From: Lytechinus pictus
Taxonomy: Eukaryota
DNA length: 64,000 bases
Direction of reading: 5' to 3'
NCBI RefSeq assembly: GCF_037042905.1
Contig: NC_087258.1
Span: forward strand, 13,144,001-13,208,000
The notes under the pieces are model-generated. The model was not told the origin of the DNA and did no database searches. It saw only the letters and a list, made by a program, of their open reading frames with translations. How positions within the stretch are numbered: position 1 is the first letter of the stretch; every line of letters begins with the position of its first letter. The position numbers were made by a program, and so were the translations under genes. Positions 22,838 through 45,150 of the stretch are shown piece after piece.

Positions 22838-22967
22838 CAGACCGATTAATTGCATATCGTCAGTCAGTTTGGATTAGTTTTCGTTGGTGTAACAGTAACA
22901 TCATAGTGTCTCTTTTTAGAACATTACAGGTTCCAATCTGTTGGAGCAAAGGTATCTAAAGAAATGA

Positions 22968-26046
<3,079 letters not shown>

Positions 26047-28331
26047 ATTTATTAGAAGTCCTTATATGTTATATTATATCACCCCATCTTTATACATCTC
26101 ATATTTTATGTCCATAATACCTACTACAAATATTTCTGAGTACTTATTTCACAAGCAATTTTAATTGAATGTTGTACACCTCATGTTTACAGTAGACGAT
26201 ATTTTAAAAATTAATGAACATGCCTAAAAGGTTTGATCTCGTCACCCTTCTGTTTCAGAAATAGACAATGTAGTCAGGATTGCACTGCATTTGAAATGAA
26301 TCCAATTAACATAAAATATAACCTTGTTGATTACCAAGATCTCTCCTCAATACAACTGTGATTGAGAATAAGCTAAACGCGAGTATGTTTTCGTCTGTTC
26401 AAAACATAAATGCTGGATTGCAGAATAGTTTTCGGTTGATGTAATGCAACATTGACGTAGAAATAACCCGCCATGGTTCCATACGCAGCATTGGCGATCC
26501 CTGAAAGAGAGGGGGATGGGGGGGGGGCGTGTTTCCCTTCGATTTCGAAATTTGTACTGGAGACTATGAGAGAGGGTCACCTCCCCCCCATGGACCAGAC
26601 ATTTTACGAAATCACCGGCTATGACAAGCAGTGTAGTCAAAAGACTTAATCAAGGGAATAATGTGAGTGTGTGAGTGCGTAGATGGGTGGGAATGTGTGA
26701 GGGTGTGTATGTGTTGGCGTATGGGTGAGGGTGTGTGTGTGAGAGTTTGTTCAGATAATACAAGGAAGGTGTGAATGTATGTGTGGGTGTCAAGTGTGAG
26801 AGTGTGGGTGTGCGCGTGGAAGTGTGAGTGAGTGAGGATGGAAGAGTGTGGACAAAACGACGACGACGATGATGATGATGAAGAAGAAGATGGAAGATCT
26901 TTTTGTTGATGATAATTATGATATCTCTATGAGATATAAGTCCTCCTAGAATTTAAAGTGCCTTCATTGATACACGGAGCAAAATCAAACGAAAATGAAC
27001 AAGTAGATTCCGCAAATGACAGAACCGGAAAACAAAACAGAACGTTTTATTGTGTAAAGATGAATGAAGTGATGGGAATGACAAGTGACGGTGTACTAGT
27101 CGCGGTCTTTCCAGGATTGAACTCTAGATATTTTACTTGTAAGCTGGGCTATATTTAAAGTAAATCCAAAAATTGTAGTGCTTACTCCATAAGAATCCAT
27201 AAGACAACGCTACCCCCAAATTCTAAGTTCTCTCACAAATCCCAAAACAAATCTTTAATTGGCAACATAATCAACAAGGAACATGACACAGGCCGGTAAA
27301 GGACTTGCTGAGCTGATTTAGATCTATCTCGAAGAATTTTTATTTCAAACAGCGCCCTCTTGTTCCTCACCAGATGAAAAAAAGCTATTTACCAGTCCCA
27401 CCATGGCTATGATATAAGTCATAGTCTAGCCCGCTAACAAGTTGATTGGAATTATAAGGAGGGGGGGGGGGGGGGGACAACATGCACAACATTTGAAACT
27501 ACGTCACACACTCAATATTTCTTTTGTAATATGACTGTAATATGAAAATGTTTCTATCTTTATCCTGCGTTGTAATTATTTGACTGCTCCCTTCATTTTG
27601 GGAATCATAACTATTGTAAATAATTATGGATCATTTAAAAGTAACTTCATCGTAAAAATAAAACTACAAATGAGGGATTTTGTATATCGTATGATCTACA
27701 AGGGAAAAAGTGGGTGTGATGTCATCAACTTGCCAATTTGCCTATCATCTGCGATGTTTATATAACTATTCTTTGAAATTAAGCAAAACTTGGAAAATTA
27801 CATATCTTTCTCATCATAGTACACGTGATTTTTGATGAGATTTTCAGTGCTCCACTTGTTTGATTCTACTCTATTAATTTGAATAAGCTTTCTGCTTGGT
27901 GTGCTTGACCTTGAACAATTCACATTTATTTCCTTTATTTTTCTTAACGTTCAGATGGCTCTTATAACGTCCGATAGGATTCTTAAATATTTTTATTCTT
28001 TCAAGGATGGACATTTCAAAGCATATAGAATCCAAGCACGGTAACAGAATATAACTCATCATGTTGACAGTATGCATGAAACATTTGACTTATACATGTA
28101 GTAACTTCCCAACTATCTGCCTTCGTATCTTTATAACTACAAAACAATAAAACAAACTGATTAACCAGCAAATGAATAAAAAAAAATGAGAAATGAATAG
28201 CTGAATGATATAAGCAATTAAACGAAATTAAAGAATATATATTATAATTTGAAACTAACCATGATTTTCATATTGATATAAACTTGATATTCAAATTTCT
28301 GTGGGTGATTAACTATACAGAAAAAGAGGTA

Positions 28332-28704
28332 CACAGTAAGAAATTTTTGAACCCTAAATGAAACACTTGTACCAACCTTTAGGGATGTAGTCTTGCACCC
28401 TAAGTGGAAAAAGGTGCAAATATGCACATTTTTATCATTATCTGCACCATTAAATGCTCGTTTGCATCCTAAAAGGTGCAAATTTGAACCTTTTAAGGTG
28501 TATAAAATACTTGACATGAAAAATGTTCAAATTTGAATCCTTGATACACGGTTCATTATTTTCTGCACCTTATAGGATGCTTAATATAGCATTGCACCCT
28601 TAAAGGTGCACAAATGAGCAAAACTGCACCCATTAGCATCCCTTGGGGTGCTGTTATTGTACCAACCCTGAGGGTTCAAATTTTAACCCTTATTTTTTAG
28701 TGTG
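28332..28704. mobile_element. CAC-ended (CMC/EnSpm-like) non-autonomous element
   Basis: Ends CACAGTAAGAAA and TTTTTAGTGTG, TA flanks, internal TGCACCC/AAGGTGCA repeats. Confidence 0.65.
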
Positions 28705-29331
28705 TATATCACGCATTTAGCATGTTTAGTGACATGCACCTGTCCATCAAATAAAGCAGCTAGATATATATTCATGGTGGGGAAATATCAGGAGCTTGAT
28801 ATAACAATTTGATTCAGGAAGAAAAAAATAAATTTTCTGTGCTTTATATTGAACAAGCAAGGCATATATATATATACATGTATGTATATGAGGCGGTTGT
28901 AACATGAAGATAAAGTAGATCTAGGGTTGTTCCTCGTAGGAATTATTTTTGTTTGGCCGATAAGTTTTCCGTTCCTATGAGACGATAATCAATAAATTTT
29001 CACGTTTTGTAATCATGCCAACGAAAAAAAATAAACAAACATCATTAAACACAAACAAATAAACAAACAAGTAGTTTCTAGGCAATGATTCTAAGTCATT
29101 CTAACGATCCATCATGATGCATCAGTGAAGAACTGAAGGAAAATCTCAGTAACCCTATTGTCATGATTACAAGACGTATTGTTAAAAATCAGTAAGGACG
29201 TCTTGAAACCTTTTTAAATGATTTGTGATATTCTGTCCTTGCAGGATATTTTGACCCCTTAAATTAAAGTTGAACCGCTGTGAACTGAAATACAGTGCAA
29301 TGTGAAGTTTCATCCAATTTGAGCAATAGTT

Positions 29332-29458
29332 GGGCTGCGTTTCATTAGATAACAGATAAACAATTTCTACTACAAATTTACTATAACGCCAATAGGATTT
29401 CAGTACTTTTAACTGTAGTACAAATTCGTTATTGTAACAAGTTTGATGAAACGGGCCC
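29332..29458. mobile_element. Degenerate Harbinger-like MITE
   Basis: GGGCTGCGTTTCATTA...TGATGAAACGGGCCC. Confidence 0.55.
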
Positions 29459-30320
29459 AGAATTTACCCATGATTGACATGCAAAGAATTTGGCCAAAAC
29501 TCTTGTCTTCTTCATAGTTCAGGTTTATTTGCTTAATAAGGTAAAGTTCAAAAATATGCAGATAGATAAACAACATTATCATACCTACAGAATATTGACA
29601 AACCTTTCATTATGTGATATTTCGGATCTAGAAACAAACATTGATACCCTTCCAAATATCATGTCTGTAAATATCTAGGACTAAATTACTAACGATACTT
29701 ATTCTTGTGTTGCGTCAAGCTATTAATCTGTTACCTTGTTATAATGGAGTCCTCGTCGGCCATTCAACACGGTCACTGTAGCGAGGAACAGTTTCATTGG
29801 TCGAAGTTCATTCAGATGTGACCAATGATATCCATGGAAATAAACCAAATAAAGCAAGTGGAATCATCATTTGAAAACGGTCACTCAACTTGAGAAGAAC
29901 AGGGACAGTCTAAAAAGTTCAAACCGCACTCTAAAAAATATTGGGTAAAAATGCTCCATGATGGTTAGTATGTGTCCAACCAACATTTTACTCGGCCTCC
30001 TTTATGAATAAAATGGAGGAGAATGATCAGCTTCCCTGACAAAATTAATGTTAGTCTGCAGATCTAATTCTTTCATGATTATTAATTTTTTTCACGCTTT
30101 TCTATAACTTTTAAATTGTATAGAATCAACATGAATCGATATGGTCTATAACTTTCGTCTTTTTGTCGTCGCCAATAGTGTTATTTCTTTTCCGGGCTTC
30201 TTCTCAACTTTCGACTTTCATCGACTTTGTCTGAAGTAGAACCGCAAGCATACTAAAACAAGAAGTTTATTGATTAATGAGCACATAACTTCAGAACCTT
30301 TTGCAAAACAAATAAAAAAG

Positions 30321-30719
30321 TTTTTCCAATTCGTTTAATGCCAATTTTTCCAATTGCCAACTCGTCTACTATCATTGGTCTACCATCGGTTCGTCCACTA
30401 TCCACGGGTCTAATTACCAATACGTCCAGTAACCATTTCGTCTAATAACCAGTTGGTCCAATAGCCATTTAGTCCATATACCATTTGGTCGATCTAATTG
30501 GGCTAGTGTTAATTGGGCGAAATGAATGAAAATAAATGGATATTAGACCACTGGTTATGAGACGAAGTGGTCATAGACGAACTGGAGATTATATAGACAA
30601 AGTGATGATTGGACCAAATGGTTGTTAGATGAACTTGACGGACGGAATGGCTTCAGACTAAATGAAAGTAGACCATGTGGTGAGTGGACGAGTTGGCAGT
30701 AGACGAATTGGCAATTACC
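30321..30719. mobile_element. Foldback element with short subterminal tandem repeats
   Basis: Left half built of CCAAyTCGTCyACT-like units, right half of their reverse complement; AATTGCCAA ends. Confidence 0.7.
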
Positions 30720-31405
30720 TAAAGTAATATGGGCCTAATTAGAGAGTGGGGCTCGGGAATATATATTTTTCTGCTGCTTCCATGAGTCTATGAGTTTTTT
30801 TTTATAAAAAAAGAAAAAGAAAAAGAACACTCTTCTTGGAAGCTGGGTAAACAATTGAAATTATTTTGCAATGATCATTTAACTTTATTTACCTCGAATT
30901 GGAACAATCATTTTGAGCAACTCAAGAAGGTACATATTGAATATCGACCAAAACAAAAATGTACATGTGTACAACAAATCTCGAAAACTAATATATATAT
31001 CTTTTGTGTATCTGTTTATATGCTTTATGTATAAACTTAAATTATATAAACAGATACACACAAGATTGAAAAGGGAAAAGAAAGTAGATGAATATAGCAC
31101 TTTCTAGACCGTCCCTAACGGTCATCTCGCGCATTTGCATACTGTCCGTATTAATGCGGATATAAGAAATAACAATAATGAAAAAAGAGAAAAATGCGGG
31201 CGTGCCTTTTGAAATCTCTGTAACGGCAGTGCGGTTGCACAGCACACCCAGAATAAAATTACTTTCGCGCTAGTACATAAATTACTTCAAGACTTCCATC
31301 GTGCCATTTCCTGCTTCATTTTAGACCAAGGTGTGCGCAAACGTACACCACTCTGCATTGTGAATTGTTTTAGATTTGGTGTTTTACTGCAATATTAGTA
31401 TCAAT

Positions 31406-36388
<4,983 letters not shown>

Positions 36389-37597
36389 GCAATTATCCTC
36401 AAATCACTGTGATATAACTGTTAATGGAACAATACACCAATTCAAATAATTAAAGGGGAACAATACCACGGCAAACTGAATTAATTTAAGTCTATCTTCA
36501 CTAATACTACCCTTATGCTGTATCAATCATGAACACGTATGGAGAACAAACATAAAAACAACAAATTTAAACCCCAAGACACCGCTCTTGCCTTAAAATC
36601 TATTTCACATTTTCTGCATGTGTATTGTCGAATGGTTCTCATCCAATACAGAACTATGACATCCACACTCGAATTGTAACAAAACAAAAGGCATTGTTCA
36701 TCCATCCTTTCATGAAGGATCACGTCATCTCTTTAGATGAAGCAATACTATTACTAAACCTCACAAAACAACTCAGCATGAGCACAAAACTTTGCAATTA
36801 TTCTTGAAGTAAACAGTAATGTAGAACGCTGAAGAGCTTTACTCTCATATTGTTTTCACTGAATTTGCAATATGTTTAAATATATAAAAAATTGTATGAA
36901 AAGTACTAATTATTATAATTTTATAGCAAATGGTGCGATCAACGACAAATAAATCCAAAACCCTTAATTGAAAGCTTGTATTCTGGTATGTACTGGATGT
37001 CTACTTACTTATATTGAAAGCTTCAGTACCCTCCTGAATTTAGTATTTAGTCTCGGAAAGGAAGAAAGAAATTTCATGATCAACCGCAGGTAGTTTGGCT
37101 TGTCAGAGGCTGTTTTTCTGTTTCTTTCATTGTTTATGTATACAATTTCATAATCCAAAAATTGTATTCAACTAGCCCGAAATTATCACGATTGATCGTA
37201 AAATTTTCATGTTCTCGATCCAGGAAGCTCAAATAGCTTCCTTTCCCAAATAGGAAAGGCCTCATTCCTGCGCAATACCGGTCCATACCCTCAAAAGTTT
37301 GCATGACTAACTCGAGCATGAATTATTATCGGACCTCTTGTACACCAAGTTTTATTTGTAGGAGTGGAGATGTGAATTGGAGACGAGGTGTGTGTGTGTG
37401 TGTGTTTGAGGATAACTAGGTGCGGGTGTGAATTGTGTTAGTGTGCGTGGGTGTGAGTGACCAGTCTGCATATGAATGTCCAAGTGTATGGTATAATCGT
37501 TGATGAGTAGTCCGAAGGGGGGGGGGGTGGGGGTGCAGCACGGGTGCTCACAATATACTGTGCTCCGGTGTTCCCCATGCACGCCATCACACATTAA

Positions 37598-37678
37598 CCC
37601 TCATTAAACCGTGGAGGGGGGTCAAATTGACCCCCCCCCCAGTATATACTGGTCCGAAATAGCCCAGTTAAGATAGGG
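37598..37678. mobile_element. piggyBac-like miniature element
   Basis: TTAA|CCCT...AGGG|TTAA, 81 bp. Confidence 0.65.
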
Positions 37679-38255
37679 TTAAAGGGGATACTCTAGGCTG
37701 GAAGTAATGATCAGATATTAAAGTAAAATTAATGATCAGATATTTAAATAAAATTAGACTAACAACACACTGAAAATTTAATCAAAATTGGACAAGGAAT
37801 AACAAAGTTATGACATTTTAAATCTATGTATTATTTTGGGAAAACGGTTCTCTGCATGTCGTCATTAATCACTGGCGTAAATCCCGGGGGGATGGGGGAA
37901 TATATCTCCCCCACTTTTCGAGGAGGGGGAATGGCCTGTACAAACATCCCCCCCCCCAGTTTTTACGAAATAAATGAAAAAAAAATCACAAGAGATAATT
38001 GTTTTATTGGTGAAAATTCTTCCTAATATACCGCTTAACAAATAAAACAATATTATTGAATCATAAAATGCAAATAAGGAGCCAGTTCACCATTTCCAAA
38101 CGAAATACTTATTTAACATTGAAGAGAAACCCCCGTTGGGAAGGGATTAAGATGGAATGTCAAAACATTTTGAATGTGATCTCTAATAAAACCATTAAAC
38201 CATCATGGGGTAAAAAATATAATAATATTGGAGGGGTATTTGCCATATGGACATA

Positions 38256-39483
38256 CAGTGGCGTAACTATGGGGGGCACATCCTCCCCATCGGCTGACCA
38301 AAAAAAAAAAAAAAAACGGGGAAAGGGGGAAAAGGAGAAAAGAGGGAGAAAGGAAGAGAAACGTAGTGGGAAAGAAAAAAATATTATTCATTCTAATGTT
38401 ATATTATAATTATGTTATGTTACATTATACATAAACATTTTTATTATAACTTTGTGAAACATAATTTGCCCAGGGCCTACGTCTTCATTGTTCCTGGTGC
38501 TCGCATTGTCTGTTTAACGAGATATATAATCCTATTGTACTAAAACATCCCGTTTTCAAGTCAATATAAACCAAATATATTTCCTAGCACTTGAGTTATC
38601 ATTGTTTTATGTAGTGACATGCATATGCTTTTTTTTCATGACTCAAAAAGTGATTGCCCTATGTTAAGGTCTTTGTATATATGAAACATTTCCTGTCCGT
38701 GATTACGTTCGCATTAGTGGATTTGTGAGATATGTCTGCTCTTCATGAATCGTTAAAATCAGTCCTTAAAATGTCCCTTCTTCTGATCTGAATATCAAAA
38801 AATTTCAGCTCGCGCTTCGCGCTCGCATCATTTGGTTAATGAAGTATGTATGGTCCTAGTTAATTCCTACAAAGAAACCTTAGAATGCCCCACTTCAGGT
38901 CTGAATTATCTAAGTTTTCAGCTCGCGCTTCGCGCTCGGTCTTTGTATATATGAAACATTTCCTGTCCGTGATTACGTTCGCATTAGTGGATTTGTGAGA
39001 TATGTCTGCTCTTCATGAATCGTTAAAATCAGTCCTTAAAATGTCCCTTCTTCTGATCTGAATATCAAAAAATTTCAGCTCGCGCTTCGCGCTCGCATCA
39101 TTTGGTTAATGAAGTATGTATGGTCCTAGTTAATTCCTACAAAGAAACCTTACAATGCCCCACTTCAGGTCTGAATTATCTAAGTTTTCAGCTCGCGCTT
39201 CGCGCTCGCATTGTTTATTAAGACAGGTACCTATCATGATTACACAAATTTGATTATAATGTCCCTTTTTAGGTCTGAATATAACAAAATTTCAGCTCGC
39301 GCTTCGTGCTCGCATTTTTTGATCAGTGAGATATATATCCGTTTAATGACATTGTCCTTAAAATGTCTCTATTAGGTCAGTATAACTGGCAACTGAGCGC
39401 GCTCACTAGCGCACTTACTCAGTGATTCAAAAATTTTGCTGGTGCCCCCCCCCCCCCATGCCGTGACCCATAGTACGCCACTG
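38256..39483. mobile_element. hAT-like element, nesting level 3
   Basis: TIR CAGTGGCGTA, perfect 8-bp TSD TGGACATA, repeated CAGCTCGCGCTTCGCGCTCG motif. Confidence 0.9.
38668..39207. repeat. 270-bp direct tandem duplication
   Basis: 38668-38937 versus 38938-39207; one mismatch seen. Confidence 0.92.
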
Positions 39484-41086
39484 TGGACATATAAATGACA
39501 ATTCCTTGCATATCTAAAAACATGATTGCAAAAAAATGCCAAAATATTTCAGTCATCCCCCACCCATCAACACGGATTTACGCCAGTGTCATTAATATAC
39601 AATGAGCATATCCCCACTTATTCTTTTGTATTCTATAATGTGAAATGATGTTTATTCAAATTTTACCCACCAAAAATATTGGATTGACGACTGATTTAAA
39701 TTCATAACATTCATTACTGCAACTTGTCTTGTTACAAAAGGATTAAAATATCAAATAATTGTGATTTCATGTAATGAAAGGAAAATGGGGATATGACATC
39801 GACCCGTCTAATGTTCATGACGGCGTGACGGTGCATATATTTATTTCACAAACTAAAGCTGAAATCTTAGTCAATAAGTTTTTAATTTTTATCAATTTTG
39901 ATTAAATTTTCGGCGTTTTGGTGAGTGAATTTTACTCTTTTTATCTAGGAATGATTTTTTTCCCAGCATGCAGTACCCCTTCAAATATGGACTCCCAATG
40001 GCGTATCACGTCGGAGTAAAATTTGTCCTCTTACATCGGAAAACAAACCGTCATTGGCGTCGAATAATTGTATCTTAGTCGCAAAACTGCTTATTTTTTA
40101 TATCTAAAAGCACAAGTATCTTAACAGTCGAACCGGCAGTCGAATAGAATGTCCTTTGTATTTAGCCACTACTGCACAGAGACTAACAAAATCCTCATTC
40201 CCTTCCCAATAATCACAAATGTTTAAAATCCAATTTTATCATGGCGCATTCACAATGGAGTTCACTTCTCGCATATGTCTGAAATTGTCGATTCCAAAAC
40301 ATGATTGTGCTACTGCTAGACATTCGTTACTGAGGCACTCCCCGGCCTCTTCTAACACAATATGCCTACAATATGTACTCCAGTTACGCATTCGGTTCCT
40401 TGAAGGAATAAATTTACATTTATTGGTTTTTAAAGGTTTCTCCATGGCTACACGGTGCAGATAGTCCATTGAAGAGACGATATTTTCTTCTCCCCGGGCC
40501 TGGGTCAGACACAAACAAAGGAAACAAAAACCACCAACCCTTGAATCCAACCTGCCAACGTGTAGTCCAATACGTGGAGATTTCCTTTTTAATATGGACT
40601 CTAATGATTGAGTGGGTGGTTTTGTTACAAAGGAAATCCTCAATTCTAGGAAAAAATGAATAGCAGAGGATAATCAGAAATCACTGGGTGCGAAACAACG
40701 TGTTCAGGAAGAAAACAATTCCATATTTTTTCCTCGTACATAACCGATTTGTCCTTCGCCTAACGAGTTTTCTACTTATGATACAGGAAGGTATAGAAGA
40801 CGATTTAGCCATATGTATATTCATATACGCAGCATAGCTATTTTCGATAGAATGAAATGCCCGATTAAAGAGCACTGCTCTGAAATACACAAGGAAAATA
40901 AATATACACAAGAAAGGCAATTTAGAATGTTTTACAACCCAAAAGTATTTATAGGTGATAATAAAAACTAAAGAATGACCATTCCAAAATTGACGCCCCA
41001 TAAGAAATTCCATATTTTCTTTCAGAATGAACAGTCCTAAGCCACTGTGCTTCAATATATTTGACGGTGAAGATTAGTTATCCTTA

Positions 41087-41248
41087 TACCTTGGTCACAT
41101 TTGCTCTACGGCGGCCGTACGGCGAGTCGAAAACAGCCGTTTTAACATTTTTTATCCAACTACATTATATGTGGTTTGAATCAAAATTAATAAAACGGCT
41201 GTTTTCGACTCGCCGTACGGCCGCCGTAGAGCAAATGTGACCAAGGTA
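41087..41248. mobile_element. Young palindromic MITE (PIF/Harbinger-like)
   Basis: 58-bp perfect TIR starting TACCTTGGTCACATTTGC, TSD TTA; eroded relative at about 5178-5255. Confidence 0.9.
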
Positions 41249-43745
41249 TTACTTGGGTGTTTTAGGGGTGGTTTTTCTTCATCGAAATGGAAAAGAAATT
41301 TTCGAGGTGTATTATTGATAAAGAAAGAAAAAGAAAAAACGCACACACTAATTAGAGGTGTGATAAGTTTTGTTCAGGGCTGCCATAAGTATTAAAACAA
41401 GACTTGACATGAATTATGACTATGTTTTGGGGGTTTTGGGGTTAGGGTCCAAGTAGTACCCTTCCTGTTTGCCGTCTTCTTTGTAATGTATTTCCAAAGG
41501 CCATTATCTTCGGTTTCATGTACCCATATTGACAAGTAAAAGAATATTTAAAAAAATAAGATAACAAAACTGGCAAGGCTGTTACTAGATAACCGATACA
41601 TTTCTACCCAGCAGAAATTCAAGGAGATCCCTGGTAAACTGCATCCCTAGACTGAAAATAACATAATGCAATTCATGGCAAATGCAATTTCGAGACAGCA
41701 GAGCATGAGAGAGAGTGCACTGAATGAGGAAATACTTCACGCAATGCCGTCACCGTCTTCTGATACATGGATGCTACAATATTCGTATGTATGCATAGGC
41801 CTACTATGCCAAGTTTATAGTTCATACCGGCAATGACAGAAGGGAACAAGTAACAAAAGATGGAATCACAAACCAATTAATATTAGAATAATTAATCAAT
41901 TTATACATCTGCAATTGTACTTTTTTCTATTATATTTGAAATAACGTATACGGCATTTTGTTTGTGTATGTAATCCCACGGTATTGTAAGTCTATTTCAT
42001 TCTGTCTATGTGCATATGTATTTGTAATTTTGTAAACCCGATGTGAAATGAATTTCCTACACAGGACGATAATACATTCAATTCAATTCAAAAGTGATGT
42101 AAACGGGTAACGCTGCAACTGCAGACAGCACTGATATAACGCTGATAAGATTCCTTCTTGCGTGGTATATATCATGGCAGAAGAATGCTCGTGCAAATCT
42201 GACGCAGATGAGAACACTCAGTAAAAATCACTGGCGTACACAAGGGGGAGGGGGCGGGGGCAGGGGACTGGTTCCTGACTTGTACGTTCCCCAAAGGTTC
42301 CACGCTAAAAAAAAGGGGGAGGAAATAATTAAGGTAGAAAGAGTGAAAAAATATCATCTTTTGAAAGATTTAGCCTAAATAACATTTTGATTTTAAGGCG
42401 GCCGAATTTTTCGCTCACTCGCAACTTTTTATAAATTTTGCCCATATGTGCCCCCTCAAAATCTTGGTTCATTCAATGGCACAAAATGATGTGAAAATAC
42501 CGATCACTCAATGTACTAGTTGCCTATGTTACTTGCTGTCTTTTGCCATTGAAGCGCATTATTTCAACTGTAGGCCTGCATGACATGGCCGTGCATGCAG
42601 TATGAAGACAGATGCATGGATACAATACATCTGGAATGTTGGCTCGTACACCAATAATTAATTGGTTTATGACCAATATATGACGAAGATATTCCATAAA
42701 CAATGACAAATGATCCTTGAGTCACTGTGTACGTGTGTCTCCTGACCCCTGCTGAATATGTGACGATGTTCTGTGCTTTTGGCAGTGCAAGTTTAGGCCT
42801 ATATAACTTGATGGTGTATATATTGATAAACACAACAATGCATCTCCATGAGGGGCTGCGGAAACAGAGATGGGGGGGGGGGGGGGGCTCGGCCCCTTCT
42901 TTTTCATTAACGTTTAGAAAACGTTAAAAACGACCTCATATTCTTTGCCTCCTGAAATTGACACGTAACTGTCCCTATATCCGTTTCTCGTTTATTATAG
43001 GGATATCATTGTCTTGTTTAATAACAAACCCAATTATTGAAGTAGGCCTATACTGATTGAAAACTGTATCTTTCATTCCTTAGACCGGATGTGGATGTTG
43101 ATTTTCTTGTGATGAACCACATATCTTCCTACTCATAATTATGATAAATATAGCCTGATAAAGATCTTGTCCAAAGTTTATTTTGCCGATGGCGTATATA
43201 GAGGGGGGGGGGGGGATTGGTGCACTTGACCCCGAAGAGCTTTACGACTAAGAAAACAAAAGATAAAAAGAAGGAGAAAACTAGAAAAGGAAAGGAAAGG
43301 GTGAATATTATACTGTCTAATGATTATATAGGCCTAAATGTAAACACATTATAAATTGTCTAAATATGTCAAGAAGCTATCACAAAAATAATTTTCAATT
43401 TTAAAGGTTAATTTCATATTATATGCTTAATATTATGGCAAAATCTATCACAAAATTATTTTTCGTTAAAAAAGGTGAACTAGCTCAACGTTTAAAAATC
43501 TTACCCCATTCTCCACGGTACGTGCCCCTCAAAGGTGTTGACTAATAACGCTTCTGTACTTTGTCGAAAGTTGAAACGGATTAGGGTAATGATATATGAT
43601 TCCTTCTCCCGTTGAAAGTGGCTTTAACCCGTTGGACACTGAGCCCTGAGCCCCTATGCGACAGACTGGTGTCTATGGAAAACGTGTGCTATATCGAAAT
43701 CATTCGGTCTCCAACAGGTTAAGAAGTTAAAAAATTGCTATATAC

Positions 43746-43927
43746 CAGGGGCTGCAGAAACAGGTTTGGAAGTGGGGAAGGGGGCTGACCACAGGAAATT
43801 ACAACCAGATGGTAATTCGGTTTCATAGTTTCTTTACACGATTTAAAAAAAAAAGGTGTTTGTGTGTGTGTGTGTGTGTGTGTGTGGGGGGGGGGCTTCA
43901 CTTCAGCCCCCCGTTCCGCGGCCCCTG
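43746..43927. mobile_element. Diverged copy of the CAGGGG MITE family with internal (GT)n
   Basis: CAGGGGCTGC...TTCCGCGGCCCCTG. Confidence 0.65.
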
Positions 43928-44835
43928 TGTATAGGGTTCTTTCTAAATACAGTGCAGCGTTGGGATTCGGACCCCGGATCTCGTCGTCAACAGCATCGAA
44001 CCGCAGCACCAAATAATACAACACCGCTGTTGATATTTAGTCTTCTGAAAATAATAAGACACATGTAATACAATTTATTGTGCCAGGTGCTTCTTTATTG
44101 GATAACGATTCAACACATAATACCACAATCACGATACCAGGTTCATATTCTTTACGATGTGATGAAATTCATTATATTCAATAATAAAACTACATTATCA
44201 GCTTCATAATGATTTAATCTGAGAAAAATATATAAATCTAATAACTGCGACAAAGGGGAGCAGGCAGGTGGATTTTTACGTAACCCTAGGTTACTGTAGC
44301 TGTTTACTCGACCTAATATTGAAGTTCTCTTTATGTATATGTCAATAAAACTGACCTAGCTATGTTTGCACGAATTAATTAGATGGACAGATTGATTCGT
44401 TATCGATAATAAGGGATCATCTGAAAACTTCAAAATGGAATTTCTGCAGTTACGAATAAAGTCAGGGTGTTTTTATAATATTTCGAGTCATATTTATCTT
44501 TTTACCCGTTTCGCTGCATAATAGTGCTATAGGTCCTCTTCCATGATATATATTTTTTAAATTCAGATTAAAACGTGGTTCACACATTTTGAATAACTGA
44601 AGATGCAGGGGGAGTTGTTTGATGCCTCATATGAAAATGTAAAATAAAATAGATTAATCCCGGGACAGCGCAAGCAATTAAGACCACTGTTTTCCCTCTT
44701 CTTCTGGAAACATTACAGACGACCGTCTGGTCGATTATTGTTCTCATATATAATTTCTTGTTTCCAAATTTATGATGTAATATATCAACTTTGTATGTAT
44801 TTATATAGATTTGAGTCAAACGTTCGAACTATTAA

Positions 44836-45150
44836 AGGGGAAGTTCACCCTGACAAAAAGTTTCCGGAAAATATAGCAAAAAAAAGTAATAAAAAAATAT
44901 GGGCGAAGGTTTGAGGAAAACCCATCAAAGAAAAAAAGAGTATTAGAATTTCAATTATTTGATGTGTGATGTCATATGCGAAAAGCTTTCCTACATGTAC
45001 CGTATGATAAATATCAATGAAATGTAAAACTAAAAAATTTGTAATTTTTGATAACTTTCTCAATCTTTAATGGATTTTCCTCAAATCTTCACGTATATTA
45101 TTTCTCTGCTATTTTTACAACAAAATTTTTCGTCAGGGTAAAATTCCCCT
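44836..45150. mobile_element. Internally deleted TTAA-target MITE about 300 bp upstream of gene 5
   Basis: TTAA|AGGGGAAGTTCACCCTGAC...GTCAGGGTAAAATTCCCCT|TTAA. Confidence 0.85.

Larger units (their letters stand above)
37870..39588. mobile_element. hAT-like element, nesting level 2
   Basis: TIR CACTGGCGTAAATCC, perfect 8-bp TSD TCATTAAT. Confidence 0.9.
37683..39980. mobile_element. TTAA-target MITE split by nested insertions
   Basis: TTAA|AGGGGATACTC...GCTGG at the left end, CCAGCATGCAGTACCCCT at the right end; the interior resumes after 39596. Confidence 0.65.

Noticed and set aside
40219-41055. ORFs of 80-134 aa between genes 4 and 5
   Set aside because: No recognisable domain, composition typical of non-coding DNA, no coherent splice pattern.
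43930-44025. Minus-strand tRNA-like or SINE head
   Set aside because: Only a degenerate B-box-like word; too weak to call.
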